IMG/VR virus record: IMGVR_UViG_3300020404_000006 | Length of the DNA stretch: 64,000 nt | From: a virus | Reading direction: 5' to 3' (one strand) | Part shown: positions 1-9,809 of the stretch, piece by piece | How the letters are laid out: each line of letters opens with the position of its first letter | How positions within the stretch are numbered: position 1 is the first letter of the stretch | Position numbers and translations under genes: made by a program | Notes under the pieces: generated by a model | Told to the model about the DNA's origin: nothing | Databases searched by the model: none | Seen by the model: the letters and a program-made list of their open reading frames with translations, nothing else

Positions 1-316
1 TCATGACGAAGAGCATCATCAGGATAGTGTTTGAAATATTCGGTTAAGTAATCCAGTTTATGTTTAATGTCACTCTCAGAAATGTTCTTCATAATCTGGG
101 CTTCGCCAATATACACATTATAAGTATTCATCTTCCCATTCTGCAAGCATATCCTCTAAGTCTTTGCGAATGTCTGGATGATACAATAAATGTGTGTCGT
201 TCTCTAATCGGAACTGAACGGATTCGTAGATGTACTCTAATGCTTTAGTATCCAATTCAACATTCATGTCTATGGTTTGTTTCATTTAACCTATCTATAC
301 ATTATAATTTTTCACT

Positions 317-892
317 TCAACATAACGAGATATCTCCAGCTACAGAAACCCGATAATCAGTTGTTGAATAATGAGGGTATACAATATGATTTATACTGCT
401 TGGGAAAACAAGTATCGTTCCCTCCATTTCTGGTGTCAGTATGAAATTCTTCTTTTGTATTCTTCCAGTTATATCCGTGTACACTAATACAAAGTCGCCT
501 GCTTCTGGTCGAAACCCTGGCTGTTGACTTCTTTCTTTGTTACCATCAAAAGGTATCTGCAACCAGATTACAAACGTAAACACACTTTGATGATCGTGTA
601 TGCTTTGATAGTCTCCATCTAAAGATACTCTAGCCCAGAAACGATTCATACAAAAGTCATGACTATGAGTAGTATTCGTTAGATATGGCACCCCATAGGT
701 ATTCATATACTCTTGACAGTATGAAGACAATACAGTATTTGCAAAGTAGTTATCCTCATCATCTAACTGCTTTTGAAAACCAGTCTTATCATTGTCATCA
801 AGATCTCCGATAAGACTCCAGAGGTAGTCACGTTCGGATTTTTTTAGGACACCTTGAACGTATCCCTGATTCGGCAGACTCTTACACTCCAT
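317..892 (-). CDS. Putative 2OG-Fe(II) oxygenase (TIGR02466-like, HxH...H)
   Basis: SIHDHQSVFTFVIWL ... ILVFPSSINHIVYP ... RVSVAGDI; double-stranded beta-helix motif pattern. Confidence 0.75.
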   Translation of the reverse strand: MECKSLPNQGYVQGVLKKSERDYLWSLIGDLDDNDKTGFQKQLDDEDNYFANTVLSSYCQEYMNTYGVPYLTNTTHSHDFCMNRFWARVSLDGDYQSIHDHQSVFTFVIWLQIPFDGNKERSQQPGFRPEAGDFVLVYTDITGRIQKKNFILTPEMEGTILVFPSSINHIVYPHYSTTDYRVSVAGDISLC

Positions 893-1397
893 GTAACTTA
901 TCCCGATACTTTCTACGACCAGTGACTACCTTCTCCATTTGTTGTTCACTATAACGTGTCGTATAATATCCCTTACTTGCTAAGAGTTTGGCAGAGTCGT
1001 CTAACGCGGTAATTTTTTGAACCATAACGATTGTAAATAACTGATCAACCTTCGTAAGTAACCATAAGTCTTTCCCCTTACAGTTTAAGAAAGTATTCAG
1101 AGCATCAACACCGCCACCCATAATATCTGGAGTAATGATATTCTGATTACTATGTGCAGCAACAATCACTACATCATGACTGCCATCAAACTTATCACAT
1201 TCCTCTGACACAACTTCCCAGAAGTCATATGCAGAGAAATAGTCATATACCTTTCTAAACTTGAGACGATTCTCATCTCTCGCTTTCTTTGCAAAGGGAC
1301 AACGAGGTCCCTTATAGTCAGGACTAATCGGATCAGGCTCCTGTAGATGAGCAATCCAATCATTCGTAAAGTCCTCCAGATGATCAAGTGGGTGCAT
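882..1397 (-). CDS. Hypothetical protein (CPFA motif)
   Basis: 171-aa ORF tightly coupled to its neighbours; RCPFAKKA motif. Confidence 0.6.
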   Translation of the reverse strand: MHPLDHLEDFTNDWIAHLQEPDPISPDYKGPRCPFAKKARDENRLKFRKVYDYFSAYDFWEVVSEECDKFDGSHDVVIVAAHSNQNIITPDIMGGGVDALNTFLNCKGKDLWLLTKVDQLFTIVMVQKITALDDSAKLLASKGYYTTRYSEQQMEKVVTGRRKYRDKLHGV

Positions 1398-1594
1398 TAA
1401 TACGAAGACTCCTCTGTACTCATATCTCCTGTAATGACAGCATACGACAAACTATCTGTATGATACGACTTATAGATTCTGCCCCAGATGACATCAAACT
1501 CTTCCTGATCTAGATTCTTAAACAAACACTTATTATCATAATAGATGTGATAAGTCTTTAACCCTTCACTCTCATTGGTACTTGGATTGTCCAT
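1397..1594 (-). CDS. Hypothetical small phage protein
   Basis: 65-aa ORF with stop/start overlap with the next gene. Confidence 0.55.
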   Translation of the reverse strand: MDNPSTNESEGLKTYHIYYDNKCLFKNLDQEEFDVIWGRIYKSYHTDSLSYAVITGDMSTEESSY

Positions 1595-1881
1595 GATCCT
1601 CCTTGTAACTCTACCATTTTAAAACACTTCTTATTGCGCTCGATCTCTAGTAACCAAGCTTCATTCGCAGTGTCTCCATATTTTACTCTAGGCTTACCCT
1701 TATAGTCAAGTATTGCTCCATCTACCATATAGTAGAGAGTATCCCATGTAAGAGTATCCGCTAGTTCACGAGCAATAATGACTTTCTCATCATCAGTTAA
1801 CTCTTCTTTCACTACGTCTGCTCGTGTCTCAACCAATTCATTCAGATTAATTCTGATGTAGGATTCATTGTAAATTGCCAT
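1558..1881 (-). CDS. Hypothetical protein, paralog of 1884..2192
   Basis: N-terminus ESYIRINLNELVE resembles DYEIRINLNELIE of the neighbour. Confidence 0.6.
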   Translation of the reverse strand: MAIYNESYIRINLNELVETRADVVKEELTDDEKVIIARELADTLTWDTLYYMVDGAILDYKGKPRVKYGDTANEAWLLEIERNKKCFKMVELQGGSWTIQVPMRVKG

Positions 1882-1883
1882 AA

Positions 1884-2192
1884 TTAAAACATGTCAATGC
1901 CAGATTCGTCAGGGAGGTCATTCAACCTTTCTTCTACCCAATGCTCTTTGTTATCAATCTTAGCAGCCTCAATATATCTCATGATATGAGTATCTACTTG
2001 TTGAAAGATAGGGTGAAGGTTTAGATCCATACGGATATCATGTGCAATCTCTGCTACTTGCTTCTCCGTTAAACAGTGATCTGGATGAAGTAAGTCACAA
2101 CAGGGGATTCTCTTTTCAATGAGTTCGTTTAGATTAATACGAATCTCGTAGTCTTGGTATACGGGCATGTCTTCGTCGTTTGGTTGTGCCAT
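1884..2192 (-). CDS. Hypothetical protein, paralog of 1558..1881
   Basis: 102-aa ORF with shared IRINLNEL motif. Confidence 0.6.
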   Translation of the reverse strand: MAQPNDEDMPVYQDYEIRINLNELIEKRIPCCDLLHPDHCLTEKQVAEIAHDIRMDLNLHPIFQQVDTHIMRYIEAAKIDNKEHWVEERLNDLPDESGIDMF

Positions 2193-2415
2193 TTGTATTT
2201 ACTTTTAATTATACCATGTATTACTACTTATGTCATCCCCCTATAACATTCAACCTCTGGGGCATTTTTTATATCCTCAAAATTTTTTGAATACGAATAA
2301 TATATAGCTCTCGATTTTGGTTCGTTGTAGGTTAGGGACTTATCGGTTTTTATAACCCGCTATAAAACATAATAAAACCCTGGCAAAAGGTGGGGAGAGT
2401 GTCCCCCCCCCCTCT

Positions 2416-2718
2416 CTAATTCATCTCATACCACATTAAGTTAGTCTTAAGTGCATCTACTAGATCGGACTTGTCTACGTTATACTCTAATGAGTTAATG
2501 AGATCATACAACCGTGTGTTTAGGTTGTCTCTCTGATCCTCTGTTAAACCTGTGTAAGGTGTTCCGATTAGGTTACGAGTAGACATAAGGCAAAAGTGTT
2601 TGTTTGTTATGTACTTATTATAATCACAAAGACCCCACATATGTGAGGCCATGTGACAGTTGTTAAACTGTCCTATTAACGTGAACATTATAACCGTTAT
2701 ATGATATAATCGCCTCAA
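2416..2718 (-). CDS. Small early hypothetical protein; true start probably near 2586, downstream of the promoter
   Basis: ORF track; promoter and CAAA leader at 2590-2675 lie inside the listed ORF. Confidence 0.45.
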   Translation of the reverse strand: MRRLYHITVIMFTLIGQFNNCHMASHMWGLCDYNKYITNKHFCLMSTRNLIGTPYTGLTEDQRDNLNTRLYDLINSLEYNVDKSDLVDALKTNLMWYEMN

Positions 2719-2878
2719 GTACTGGAAACTTAAAAAGTTCCTCTACTCTGTGGACCACGTTTAGCACGTCGAGTGCCTCATATTCGCCTAGGCATAACTC
2801 TGTGGCATATTCTTGGTCCTGTGTGTCAAAGTGTGGGAACTGTGTAAAGTCTAGTTTAATGTCTAATACTGTGAACAT
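2663..2878 (-). CDS. Small early hypothetical protein
   Basis: 71-aa acidic ORF downstream of the promoter at 2905-2964. Confidence 0.6.
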   Translation of the reverse strand: MFTVLDIKLDFTQFPHFDTQDQEYATELCLGEYEALDVLNVVHRVEELFKFPVLEAIISYNGYNVHVNRTV

Positions 2879-2962
2879 AATTGGTCCTTGTTTGTTATGT
2901 TCTTATTGTACATTAAAAAAGGGGTAATGTATGCCCCTTATGTGACAGTTACCAAAGTGGCA

Positions 2963-3196
2963 CTAGATTGCTTTACTTACCTTGCTGCCTGTGTTTATAC
3001 TAGCAGCGTGTACTGCCATGCCATTGTGCATGAAACTGCCTTTAGGAGCAGCGTTATTCCATGAGCGCCTTGCCATTGTGGCACCAGCATTGCTTCTCTT
3101 TAGGACCGTATATGTGACTACTCTGCCAGATGATGTCTTTAAGCGTGTTTGTTGTTTGATGTTGTTTGCCATGTGTGTTTGTTTGATTAGGTCCAT
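2963..3196 (-). CDS. Small basic early hypothetical protein
   Basis: ORF downstream of the promoter at 3195-3254; start may be the internal Met (MANNIK). Confidence 0.55.
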   Translation of the reverse strand: MDLIKQTHMANNIKQQTRLKTSSGRVVTYTVLKRSNAGATMARRSWNNAAPKGSFMHNGMAVHAASINTGSKVSKAI

Positions 3197-3238
3197 TATA
3201 AAAGAAAAAAGGGAGCAATAGTGCCCCCTATGTGCCAG

Positions 3239-3580
3239 TTAAGCAACCGCCAACTCGAACCCATCAGCGAAATCATGAGTAATGCCAGAAGCAGTTACGA
3301 ACCAGGACCAGTTCTTTTGAAATACGCCATTCTGTGTGCCGTCTGTGAATTCATTAATAAGAGCGTTCAATCTGCTCTTAGTTGTATTAGATTGCCAACC
3401 GCCATCGAAAAGAACCAGTGTATCATTGGTTACAGTCGCAATGTGGTTGCCATGAAGTTTTACGATTGCTTCCATCTGGTTTGTAGCGGAGTTGAAAGCG
3501 TTCTCTACAGTAGTGTTTGATGAGCGAAAGTCAGAGCGGTTGCGGATTGCAGCGTTCATGTCTGATTCGATTTTTCTCAT
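3239..3580 (-). CDS. Early hypothetical protein
   Basis: 113-aa ORF directly downstream of the promoter at 3609-3667. Confidence 0.7.
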   Translation of the reverse strand: MRKIESDMNAAIRNRSDFRSSNTTVENAFNSATNQMEAIVKLHGNHIATVTNDTLVLFDGGWQSNTTKSRLNALINEFTDGTQNGVFQKNWSWFVTASGITHDFADGFELAVA

Positions 3581-3685
3581 GTGTGTTACCTGTGTTTGTT
3601 ATGTTCTTATTATAGTACCGTGAAAGCACAAAACAACAGGCCATGTGCCAGTTCTTAAAGTGGCACACTGATGCTTACAAAGTGG

Positions 3686-3713
3686 TTGACAATTTCCTCT
3701 CATGCCCTATAAT
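3686..3713 (+). promoter_or_regulatory. Rightward sigma70 promoter TTGACA-N16-TATAAT
   Basis: TTGACA 3686-3691 and TATAAT 3708-3713; no ORF downstream. Confidence 0.75.
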
Positions 3714-3867
3714 AGGGTTATAAGAGATTCGGGGTAGGATCTATAAACTATTCGACACTCACCCTGCTCCGCAATAATTGTATCAGAATGTTACGGAATC
3801 CCTATGGCACATTTGACGGGCACAGTCAAGTCCTAGTGTGCCAGTGCATAAAGTGGCACAGTACTCG

Positions 3868-3896
3868 TTGACTTTCTGAGCATTCTGTGTTATAAT
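3868..3896 (+). promoter_or_regulatory. Rightward sigma70 promoter TTGACT-N17-TATAAT
   Basis: Starts 7 nt after the palindrome at 3837-3860; followed by AT-rich non-coding DNA. Confidence 0.8.
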
Positions 3897-4013
3897 GCCC
3901 GCCAAGATGTCTATAAAAACTCACATTAATTGCTTCATTTAACATAAAGAGATAATAAACACTTATATGTTTATTTTACCTTTTTTAAATGTTAATGAAA
4001 AAATCAAAGTGCC

Positions 4014-4223
4014 TTACAATTCATTACTTAATTCATGTACTTTTGTCTTAATTTGTGTTAGTAACTTATAGATATTTCCCTCTGTATTGTTGTTACTTAG
4101 TGAGTCATACTTACTAAGTGATTCTAATACTAATAACTTGATAAGTGCCATTTCATTCTTATCAAATAGTGGGGCATTTAGCATTGTTTCAATGTTATCA
4201 AGGGTCATAGGATTCAATGTCAA
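4014..4223 (-). CDS. Hypothetical protein
   Basis: 69-aa ORF in very AT-rich DNA. Confidence 0.4.
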   Translation of the reverse strand: MTLNPMTLDNIETMLNAPLFDKNEMALIKLLVLESLSKYDSLSNNNTEGNIYKLLTQIKTKVHELSNEL

Positions 4224-4340
4224 TTTCTATAGCATAGTCTGGGTAAATTTGTTCCTCTATATCATCTAAACCTTCAGATAATCTCTTAACGAATGCTTCA
4301 CTTGTTTCCGTAACTTTCTCCTTATGTGTAACTTTCTCCA

Positions 4341-4592
4341 TCAGACTGCCTCCTTATTGCTACACTTAGTAATGGCAATTTGTCCCAGATTTTCTACATA
4401 TAACGACTTAACTCTCTCTCCGTCACTATCATTTAATTCAAGTAACTTATTCCAGTTCCAGTTACTCGGTGGATTACAGTTTGCTTCACTAACTGTAAAG
4501 TCTAAAGTAACACGATAGCGGGTTACTGATTGTGATTGAGAAGTCATAAGATTGAGGCGGTGGATTACATTTAATTCTACCAGATATTGCAC
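4341..4592 (-). CDS. Hypothetical protein (start likely the internal MTSQSQ)
   Basis: ORF track. Confidence 0.5.
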   Translation of the reverse strand: MQYLVELNVIHRLNLMTSQSQSVTRYRVTLDFTVSEANCNPPSNWNWNKLLELNDSDGERVKSLYVENLGQIAITKCSNKEAV

Positions 4593-4867
4593 TAAATGTC
4601 AACTAAGCACGCATATTTCCTCTACTATGATGTTATTTAGTGGGGAAACATGGCAGTGTTATGTAATCTTAACGTGACCACGATTGCGGTTCTTATGTGT
4701 TACTTATAGAAAAAAATTTCGGGCGTTCGCCTCGAAGTGACTTTCATATATGTAATACTAATAAAGACGAATAGCACGATAAAATTGTTAGTTAGTGGTC
4801 TTACTAAGTGATTAACAAACAACTCACTTATGCCACTAAGTAACAATTAAAGACGATTAATTACTCA

Positions 4868-5131
4868 TTAAAATTGTCTGGTGGGAACATACTCTGGGAT
4901 TACATAATCATAATTAGAGGGTTTAATCTTATCACTATGCTTAGTCTTTACACGCTTTAAAGCACGTTCAATACTGGTGTTTATGGCATTGTATTCATTA
5001 CATTCTTCCGTCCAATAGTTTTCTATAATCTCTTTTTCATATTCTACTGATACTAACTCTTGAATCAGTTGTAACTGATAGAATGATAATTTAACTGTTG
5101 TTTGAATGTCACTTAATGCCTCTGTGTTCAT
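4868..5131 (-). CDS. Small early hypothetical protein
   Basis: ORF track; same orientation as the cluster. Confidence 0.55.
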   Translation of the reverse strand: MNTEALSDIQTTVKLSFYQLQLIQELVSVEYEKEIIENYWTEECNEYNAINTSIERALKRVKTKHSDKIKPSNYDYVIPEYVPTRQF

Positions 5132-5556
5132 GAGTGTTTCCTCCTTTTGTTGTTTTTGATGAATTGATTAAACTTTTTACTTTCTTTGGGTGACATACCG
5201 CAAAAATAGTTCAATAGGTTGCCTTCATACTGGTCAGCAAGTTCGATTAACTCTTTTGAGATCATTGAATCATATCCTCAAAACGCTTCATAGCAAGTTT
5301 AATTGCTTCTTCATCAATTTGATCTACTGAAACAGTTTTGTTTTTCATTTTGTAAAACTGTTCGATTTCTTCTAGTGATTCCTCATATAAGGACTCTAGG
5401 ATTGCTTCATTCTGTAAACAAGACATAGTTTTTAATCGTAAATTGGAGCGAATAGTTGATAGTAAAGGTCATTCATAAGACCGAATTCAAATGAAGTGGT
5501 AGCGTGCTCCTCATCAACACCTTCCCAACACTTCATAATTTCTGTGTAAGTATCCA

Positions 5557-5823
5557 TTATAAGCACTCACTAGGTGGTAAACCGATTGAAGCGATAGCAT
5601 TATCAAGTGCGACTCTATCAAGGTCAGGATCATCAAAATCAACACCAGCAGCGTGATCTACGCCCCACTCTGCTACTTCAAAGCAAAAATCGGTAAAGTC
5701 TTTGCATACCCATGCAACATTTTCAAAGTTCTCTACTTCTTTGATTCTGTTGATTAATCGTTCTGTTTTGGTCATAGTTGTTTGTTTGTTTGTTATACAC
5801 TTATTATAGGGCAGTGAGATCAA
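5557..5823 (-). CDS. Small acidic early protein (true start about 5775, MTKTER)
   Basis: Promoter 5803-5861 and CAAA leader lie inside the listed ORF. Confidence 0.6.
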   Translation of the reverse strand: MISLPYNKCITNKQTTMTKTERLINRIKEVENFENVAWVCKDFTDFCFEVAEWGVDHAAGVDFDDPDLDRVALDNAIASIGLPPSECL

Positions 5824-5827
5824 AAAT

Positions 5828-6169
5828 CTACACTGCTTGTGCCACTTTGATTAGTGGCACACTATCGGTTGACTCTACGCCCATTCCGAGGTAGTTTGAA
5901 AATATCATTTTGTTTATAAACTTCTTCCAAGTGTCTGCTACATTAGACTTAATGTAAAATGTTAAAAACTCTTCAATTTCAAAATTAGTCTCATTACTGG
6001 TAACATCAACTAGAAAATCGTTTTTATAAACAACTTCCGCAAATTTGCGCCCATAAGCATAGAGTCCAGTAATTCTAGAGTCTATTGCTTCAATTCTTAA
6101 TCCAGTATTCAATTTCAAATACTTACGTTGATTAAGAGCATCAACTACTTGTTTTTGTTCAGTATTCAT
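5828..6169 (-). CDS. Early hypothetical protein
   Basis: 113 aa; its 3' end is encoded through the palindrome at 5838. Confidence 0.6.
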   Translation of the reverse strand: MNTEQKQVVDALNQRKYLKLNTGLRIEAIDSRITGLYAYGRKFAEVVYKNDFLVDVTSNETNFEIEEFLTFYIKSNVADTWKKFINKMIFSNYLGMGVESTDSVPLIKVAQAV

Positions 6170-6306
6170 GATTTAGTAATTGTGAATTGTGCGGTAAGGT
6201 TTATAGCAGTATTTTGTTTGCTTTTTCTCTTCTAACTCTTCACACTTAGCGATTAAGTCTCTAAGTTTTTTAACGTCCTTATTGAATTGTTCAGTAGTAT
6301 AACTCA

Positions 6307-6537
6307 TTAAACTGCCTCCAAGTCAGATAGGAAGCATTCAACTGTTTGAAATTCATAGTCAGTTATCCAAGTTTTGATAACAGCATAGTCATTACTTCTA
6401 TCAAGAATAACCACTTCGCCCTCTAGTTCATCATGTATTTTTGATTGAACTGTAGTTCCAAGTTTGATCTCTGTAATATCTTGACCAATTCTCAAAACGT
6501 CCTTTTTACATAGTTCTTTGTACTCTTGAATCGTCAT
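6307..6537 (-). CDS. Early hypothetical protein (SH3-like beta pattern)
   Basis: Downstream of the promoter at 6565-6623; GTTVQSK...EGEVV...YAVIK. Confidence 0.65.
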   Translation of the reverse strand: MTIQEYKELCKKDVLRIGQDITEIKLGTTVQSKIHDELEGEVVILDRSNDYAVIKTWITDYEFQTVECFLSDLEAV

Positions 6538-6608
6538 AGTTGTTTGTTTGTTTGTTATACTATCATTATAGGGCAGTGAATACCAATTTCAACCACCACT
6601 GTGCCACT

Positions 6609-6854
6609 TTAACAACTGGCACACTTCCACTTGATTTTCTTCTCATCATTGAGTATATCAAAGCATATCTCGCATAAGCAATCTGCTTCGGGCATGGTAT
6701 CTCGCCAATCATAATCCTCCTCTATAGGATTATCCCAATAGTAATATAAGTCAGGTTGATAATCTATCGAAAATTTCTCTTTTTCGATTTCATGCTCTTC
6801 CATATCCTCTATATGGGAATAATCAAAGTTGCCACATACATCACAATATGACAT
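6609..6854 (-). CDS. Acidic Cys-rich (putative Zn-binding) early protein
   Basis: CDVC, CLCEIC and CASC motifs; D/E-rich. Confidence 0.6.
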   Translation of the reverse strand: MSYCDVCGNFDYSHIEDMEEHEIEKEKFSIDYQPDLYYYWDNPIEEDYDWRDTMPEADCLCEICFDILNDEKKIKWKCASC

Positions 6855-7051
6855 TACTCTGCCTCCTCTAGTATCTCGCCTGTATCTTGTACAGTAAACT
6901 CAATACCCATATCAGGATACCAACAAGTGCTCTCTAATTGACAATTAGTTAGAACATCATTTTTAAGATAGTAAAATGTAATACTATCATTCATATCATA
7001 ATTTGATAGTGTTTCGATTAGTTCTGATACTTTCATTATCTTACGCTCCAT
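6854..7051 (-). CDS. Small early hypothetical protein
   Basis: MKVSELIETLSNYD-type N-terminus. Confidence 0.6.
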   Translation of the reverse strand: MERKIMKVSELIETLSNYDMNDSITFYYLKNDVLTNCQLESTCWYPDMGIEFTVQDTGEILEEAE

Positions 7052-7296
7052 ACTGTCTCAAATGTCTTAGAATTCTCAACACTTGCTGAACCATAATCTT
7101 GCGCCCACTCTAAACAACTTTTCTTCGCTGTTTTTAAATCATTAGTATAGTGCTCATGATAACCAAGTGGGTGGTCACTTACTACGATAGTATAAGCAAA
7201 CTTGTGCCTAGGGTGCTGTGGTTCATTCTTAAGTTGCTCTTGAGCGATTATCTTAAGTTGTTTAAGTTGCTCTTGTAGAATTTCAATAGTTGTCAT
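7036..7296 (-). CDS. Early hypothetical protein
   Basis: Downstream of the promoter at 7319-7377. Confidence 0.65.
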   Translation of the reverse strand: MTTIEILQEQLKQLKIIAQEQLKNEPQHPRHKFAYTIVVSDHPLGYHEHYTNDLKTAKKSCLEWAQDYGSASVENSKTFETVWSVR

Positions 7297-7334
7297 AATG
7301 TTTGTTTGTTATATTACTATTATAGTGGATAAAT

Positions 7335-7607
7335 CTAGAATCCAGTTCTAGATTGTGCCACTTCTTCGATTGTCCTACTAGACATAAACTGAGCAGGTCT
7401 TTTAGTATTAACAGTAACAGCGTAGTTATTTTCTAGTAAAATGTCGATCTCCTCCGCCATGTCATACACGTTGATTGCGGTTTTCTCTGCTGTTTTACCT
7501 TTAAATGTGACTACCTTAAGTCTAGCGTTCTTACTAACATTATTGCGCCAGTCCTTTACTTCAAAGTAATCAACAACTGTATTGAGTGATTCAGATTGAA
7601 ATTGCAT
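7335..7607 (-). CDS. Early hypothetical protein
   Basis: Downstream of the promoter at 7635-7693. Confidence 0.65.
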   Translation of the reverse strand: MQFQSESLNTVVDYFEVKDWRNNVSKNARLKVVTFKGKTAEKTAINVYDMAEEIDILLENNYAVTVNTKRPAQFMSSRTIEEVAQSRTGF

Positions 7608-7709
7608 AATTGTTTGTTTGTTTGTTATACTATCATTATAGTAGCATGAAATACAATAACAACATATAGTGTGCCACTAATCAAACTGGCACACTATTGG
7701 TTGACTCTC

Positions 7710-7952
7710 CTACCATTCTGGTGTAGGTTGCTTTGCCTTGTTCTTTGCTACTTTCTCTTGCTCTTTGAATGTGAGAGCATCTACTCTATCTTTAATTGAT
7801 TTAATCTCTTTAACTTCATGATATTCGCTAGTGCGGTAGTAATCTACCATACTACCGTAATAGTCATCAAGAGCGCAATTAATGATACTTAGTTCAGTTA
7901 AACTAACATCTAATTTAATACTATTCATGAATCCAGTTTCCCTCGCCATCAT
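7710..7952 (-). CDS. Early hypothetical protein
   Basis: ORF track. Confidence 0.55.
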   Translation of the reverse strand: MMARETGFMNSIKLDVSLTELSIINCALDDYYGSMVDYYRTSEYHEVKEIKSIKDRVDALTFKEQEKVAKNKAKQPTPEW

Positions 7953-8193
7953 AATCTCCTTCAGTAATTGATTCTAGTCCGTAAGGGTCAGGGTCATTAA
8001 CAACTGATTGTAAACCTTTATACTCACGCCCTTGTAAACGATAAACTTCTTTTTGTTGTCTCAAGTCTCTATCAATTCTATATGATAGTTCACAATTAAG
8101 TGCCATGTATTGACGTTTATCATCACTATGCTCTGCATAATGGAATTGTAAACACTCTAACAAGTACTCAAGTTCTCTAATTGCAAATTTCAT
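7921..8193 (-). CDS. Early hypothetical protein
   Basis: ORF track. Confidence 0.55.
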   Translation of the reverse strand: MKFAIRELEYLLECLQFHYAEHSDDKRQYMALNCELSYRIDRDLRQQKEVYRLQGREYKGLQSVVNDPDPYGLESITEGDYDGEGNWIHE

Positions 8194-8435
8194 GATAATG
8201 CCTCCTCTAATAGATCACTCATGCAAGTAAGGTCAACAACATCACTAATACCTAGTGAAGTGTCATTATCAATAGCGAAGTCTAAAGCACTCTTTAGATC
8301 AGATACTCTACCACTATCAAAAGTAAGAGTGATTGAGTTAGTATTTGGATTTCTGTAGTAAATCATGTTTGTTTGTTTGTTATAATACTATTATAGAGCA
8401 GTCATACACGATAACAACCACCATTGTGACAGTAA

Positions 8436-8621
8436 TCAAACTGTCACATCATAGGTTGATTTGTTCTTTAGAATATGCCAATACTCATCATAAGTAAGAG
8501 TTTCTTCTTGCTCTGTATCCATATTGAGTACAATATCAAAAGGGTAAAAAGCATAATACTTAACGTGGTCATCTACATACTCTTTGATTTGTTGATACTT
8601 AGTCATCATTAGTGCCCTCAA
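8436..8621 (-). CDS. Early hypothetical protein
   Basis: Stop codon lies inside the palindrome at 8425. Confidence 0.55.
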   Translation of the reverse strand: MRALMMTKYQQIKEYVDDHVKYYAFYPFDIVLNMDTEQEETLTYDEYWHILKNKSTYDVTV

Positions 8622-8749
8622 TAAAAACGCCTCTATTGGTTAATATGTCCTCTATTTTGAATAAAATAGGTGCAATTTTTGTACTATCCATTTCTTCATA
8701 ATCACTTATATAATCATCAAGTGACTTATGAATAGTTTTTAATTCATCA

Positions 8750-9004
8750 TTACTGAACATTCTCTATAACCTCCGCTATAGTATCTGTAAAGTATTCATC
8801 AAAATACTCTTCAATTTCTACCATAGCATCATTAAATGTTTGGTCATCTATCCATCTTTGCATATCGTCAGTAACGTAGATTATCAAGTCCTTCATTGAC
8901 ATATTATCAACAATTCGCTCAACATAGTATTCCTTAAGAGCAGCAAACTGTTTGTCAGTCATGTTTTGTGCCTTGAGTAAGGTATCTTTGTTTGTTTTGT
9001 TCAT
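8750..9004 (-). CDS. Early hypothetical protein
   Basis: ORF track; coupled stop/start. Confidence 0.6.
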   Translation of the reverse strand: MNKTNKDTLLKAQNMTDKQFAALKEYYVERIVDNMSMKDLIIYVTDDMQRWIDDQTFNDAMVEIEEYFDEYFTDTIAEVIENVQ

Positions 9005-9198
9005 TAGTTGCCTCCGATAAGTTGATATGGTTCTGGAAATTCGTCCACTTTAAGTTGAGCGAATGAGTGAATCATAGTCCACACTTTTTGTCCAGATAGT
9101 TGTTTTTCATCACAAATGTGACTAGCGGTATCCTCTAATACTTCCAATACTTCAAAAGCATCAAGTTTCAACTGTTCTAATTCTTCAAATGTCATCAC
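9004..9198 (-). CDS. Early hypothetical protein
   Basis: ORF track; coupled stop/start. Confidence 0.6.
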   Translation of the reverse strand: MMTFEELEQLKLDAFEVLEVLEDTASHICDEKQLSGQKVWTMIHSFAQLKVDEFPEPYQLIGGN

Positions 9199-9428
9199 TT
9201 AGTCCTCGCAAATAGTTTTGAAATTCTATCGTCTATCTCATTACAACGCTCATAAACTGATCTACCCTCGATCAATTCATCTTCTTGTAAAGAGTCATCA
9301 TCATAGCAACGATAGTCCTCTAGTGAGTTAGCGATTGTATCCCACTCTCCATCAGTAAAAAATGAGCGGATTGTTTGTAGTTGGTCGAAACTGTAGTCTC
9401 TGACCAAAGAACCTTGACGATTCATCAT
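9195..9428 (-). CDS. Early hypothetical protein
   Basis: Downstream of the promoter at 9459-9517. Confidence 0.65.
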   Translation of the reverse strand: MMNRQGSLVRDYSFDQLQTIRSFFTDGEWDTIANSLEDYRCYDDDSLQEDELIEGRSVYERCNEIDDRISKLFARTK

Positions 9429-9506
9429 AGTTAAAACCTCTGTGTTTGTTATATTACTATTATAGGGCAGTGACTCAAAGAATCAACTGCCCTTGTGCCA
9501 GTTTGT

Positions 9507-9809
9507 TTACTGGTCTAGTACCCAAAGACTTCCACCATCAAAGTCTTTAGAGTATCCATAATTTCTTACGAGCATATCTCTGACTCTCTCTCTATCAAGT
9601 GAGTCGCCATCGCCCCAAGTGAATATGTCACTATCTAAATCAGATATTAGTTGTAGATAGTCCTCTGTAGCAAGTGTAATGTCATCTTTAGTGACATTCA
9701 TTTGATATAGTGCATCATCAGCACCGTAGAATGAAAAAACGTAATCAGTAAACTCATCAATTTGATTGATGTCATACTTGTTTTTTCCGATAGCAACGAT
9801 AGAAGTCAT
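9507..9809 (-). CDS. Acidic early hypothetical protein
   Basis: Downstream of the promoter at 9835-9893; stop codon in the next palindrome. Confidence 0.65.
   Translation of the reverse strand: MTSIVAIGKNKYDINQIDEFTDYVFSFYGADDALYQMNVTKDDITLATEDYLQLISDLDSDIFTWGDGDSLDRERVRDMLVRNYGYSKDFDGGSLWVLDQ

Noticed and set aside
3644-3667. TGGCAC as a sigma54 -24 box, or TGTG..CACA as a CRP/NtcA site
   Set aside because: No TTGC -12 box at the right spacing, and cyanobacteria lack sigma54. Half-site spacing (N10 between TGTGCCA and TGGCACA) does not fit CRP (TGTGA-N6-TCACA) or NtcA (GTA-N8-TAC).
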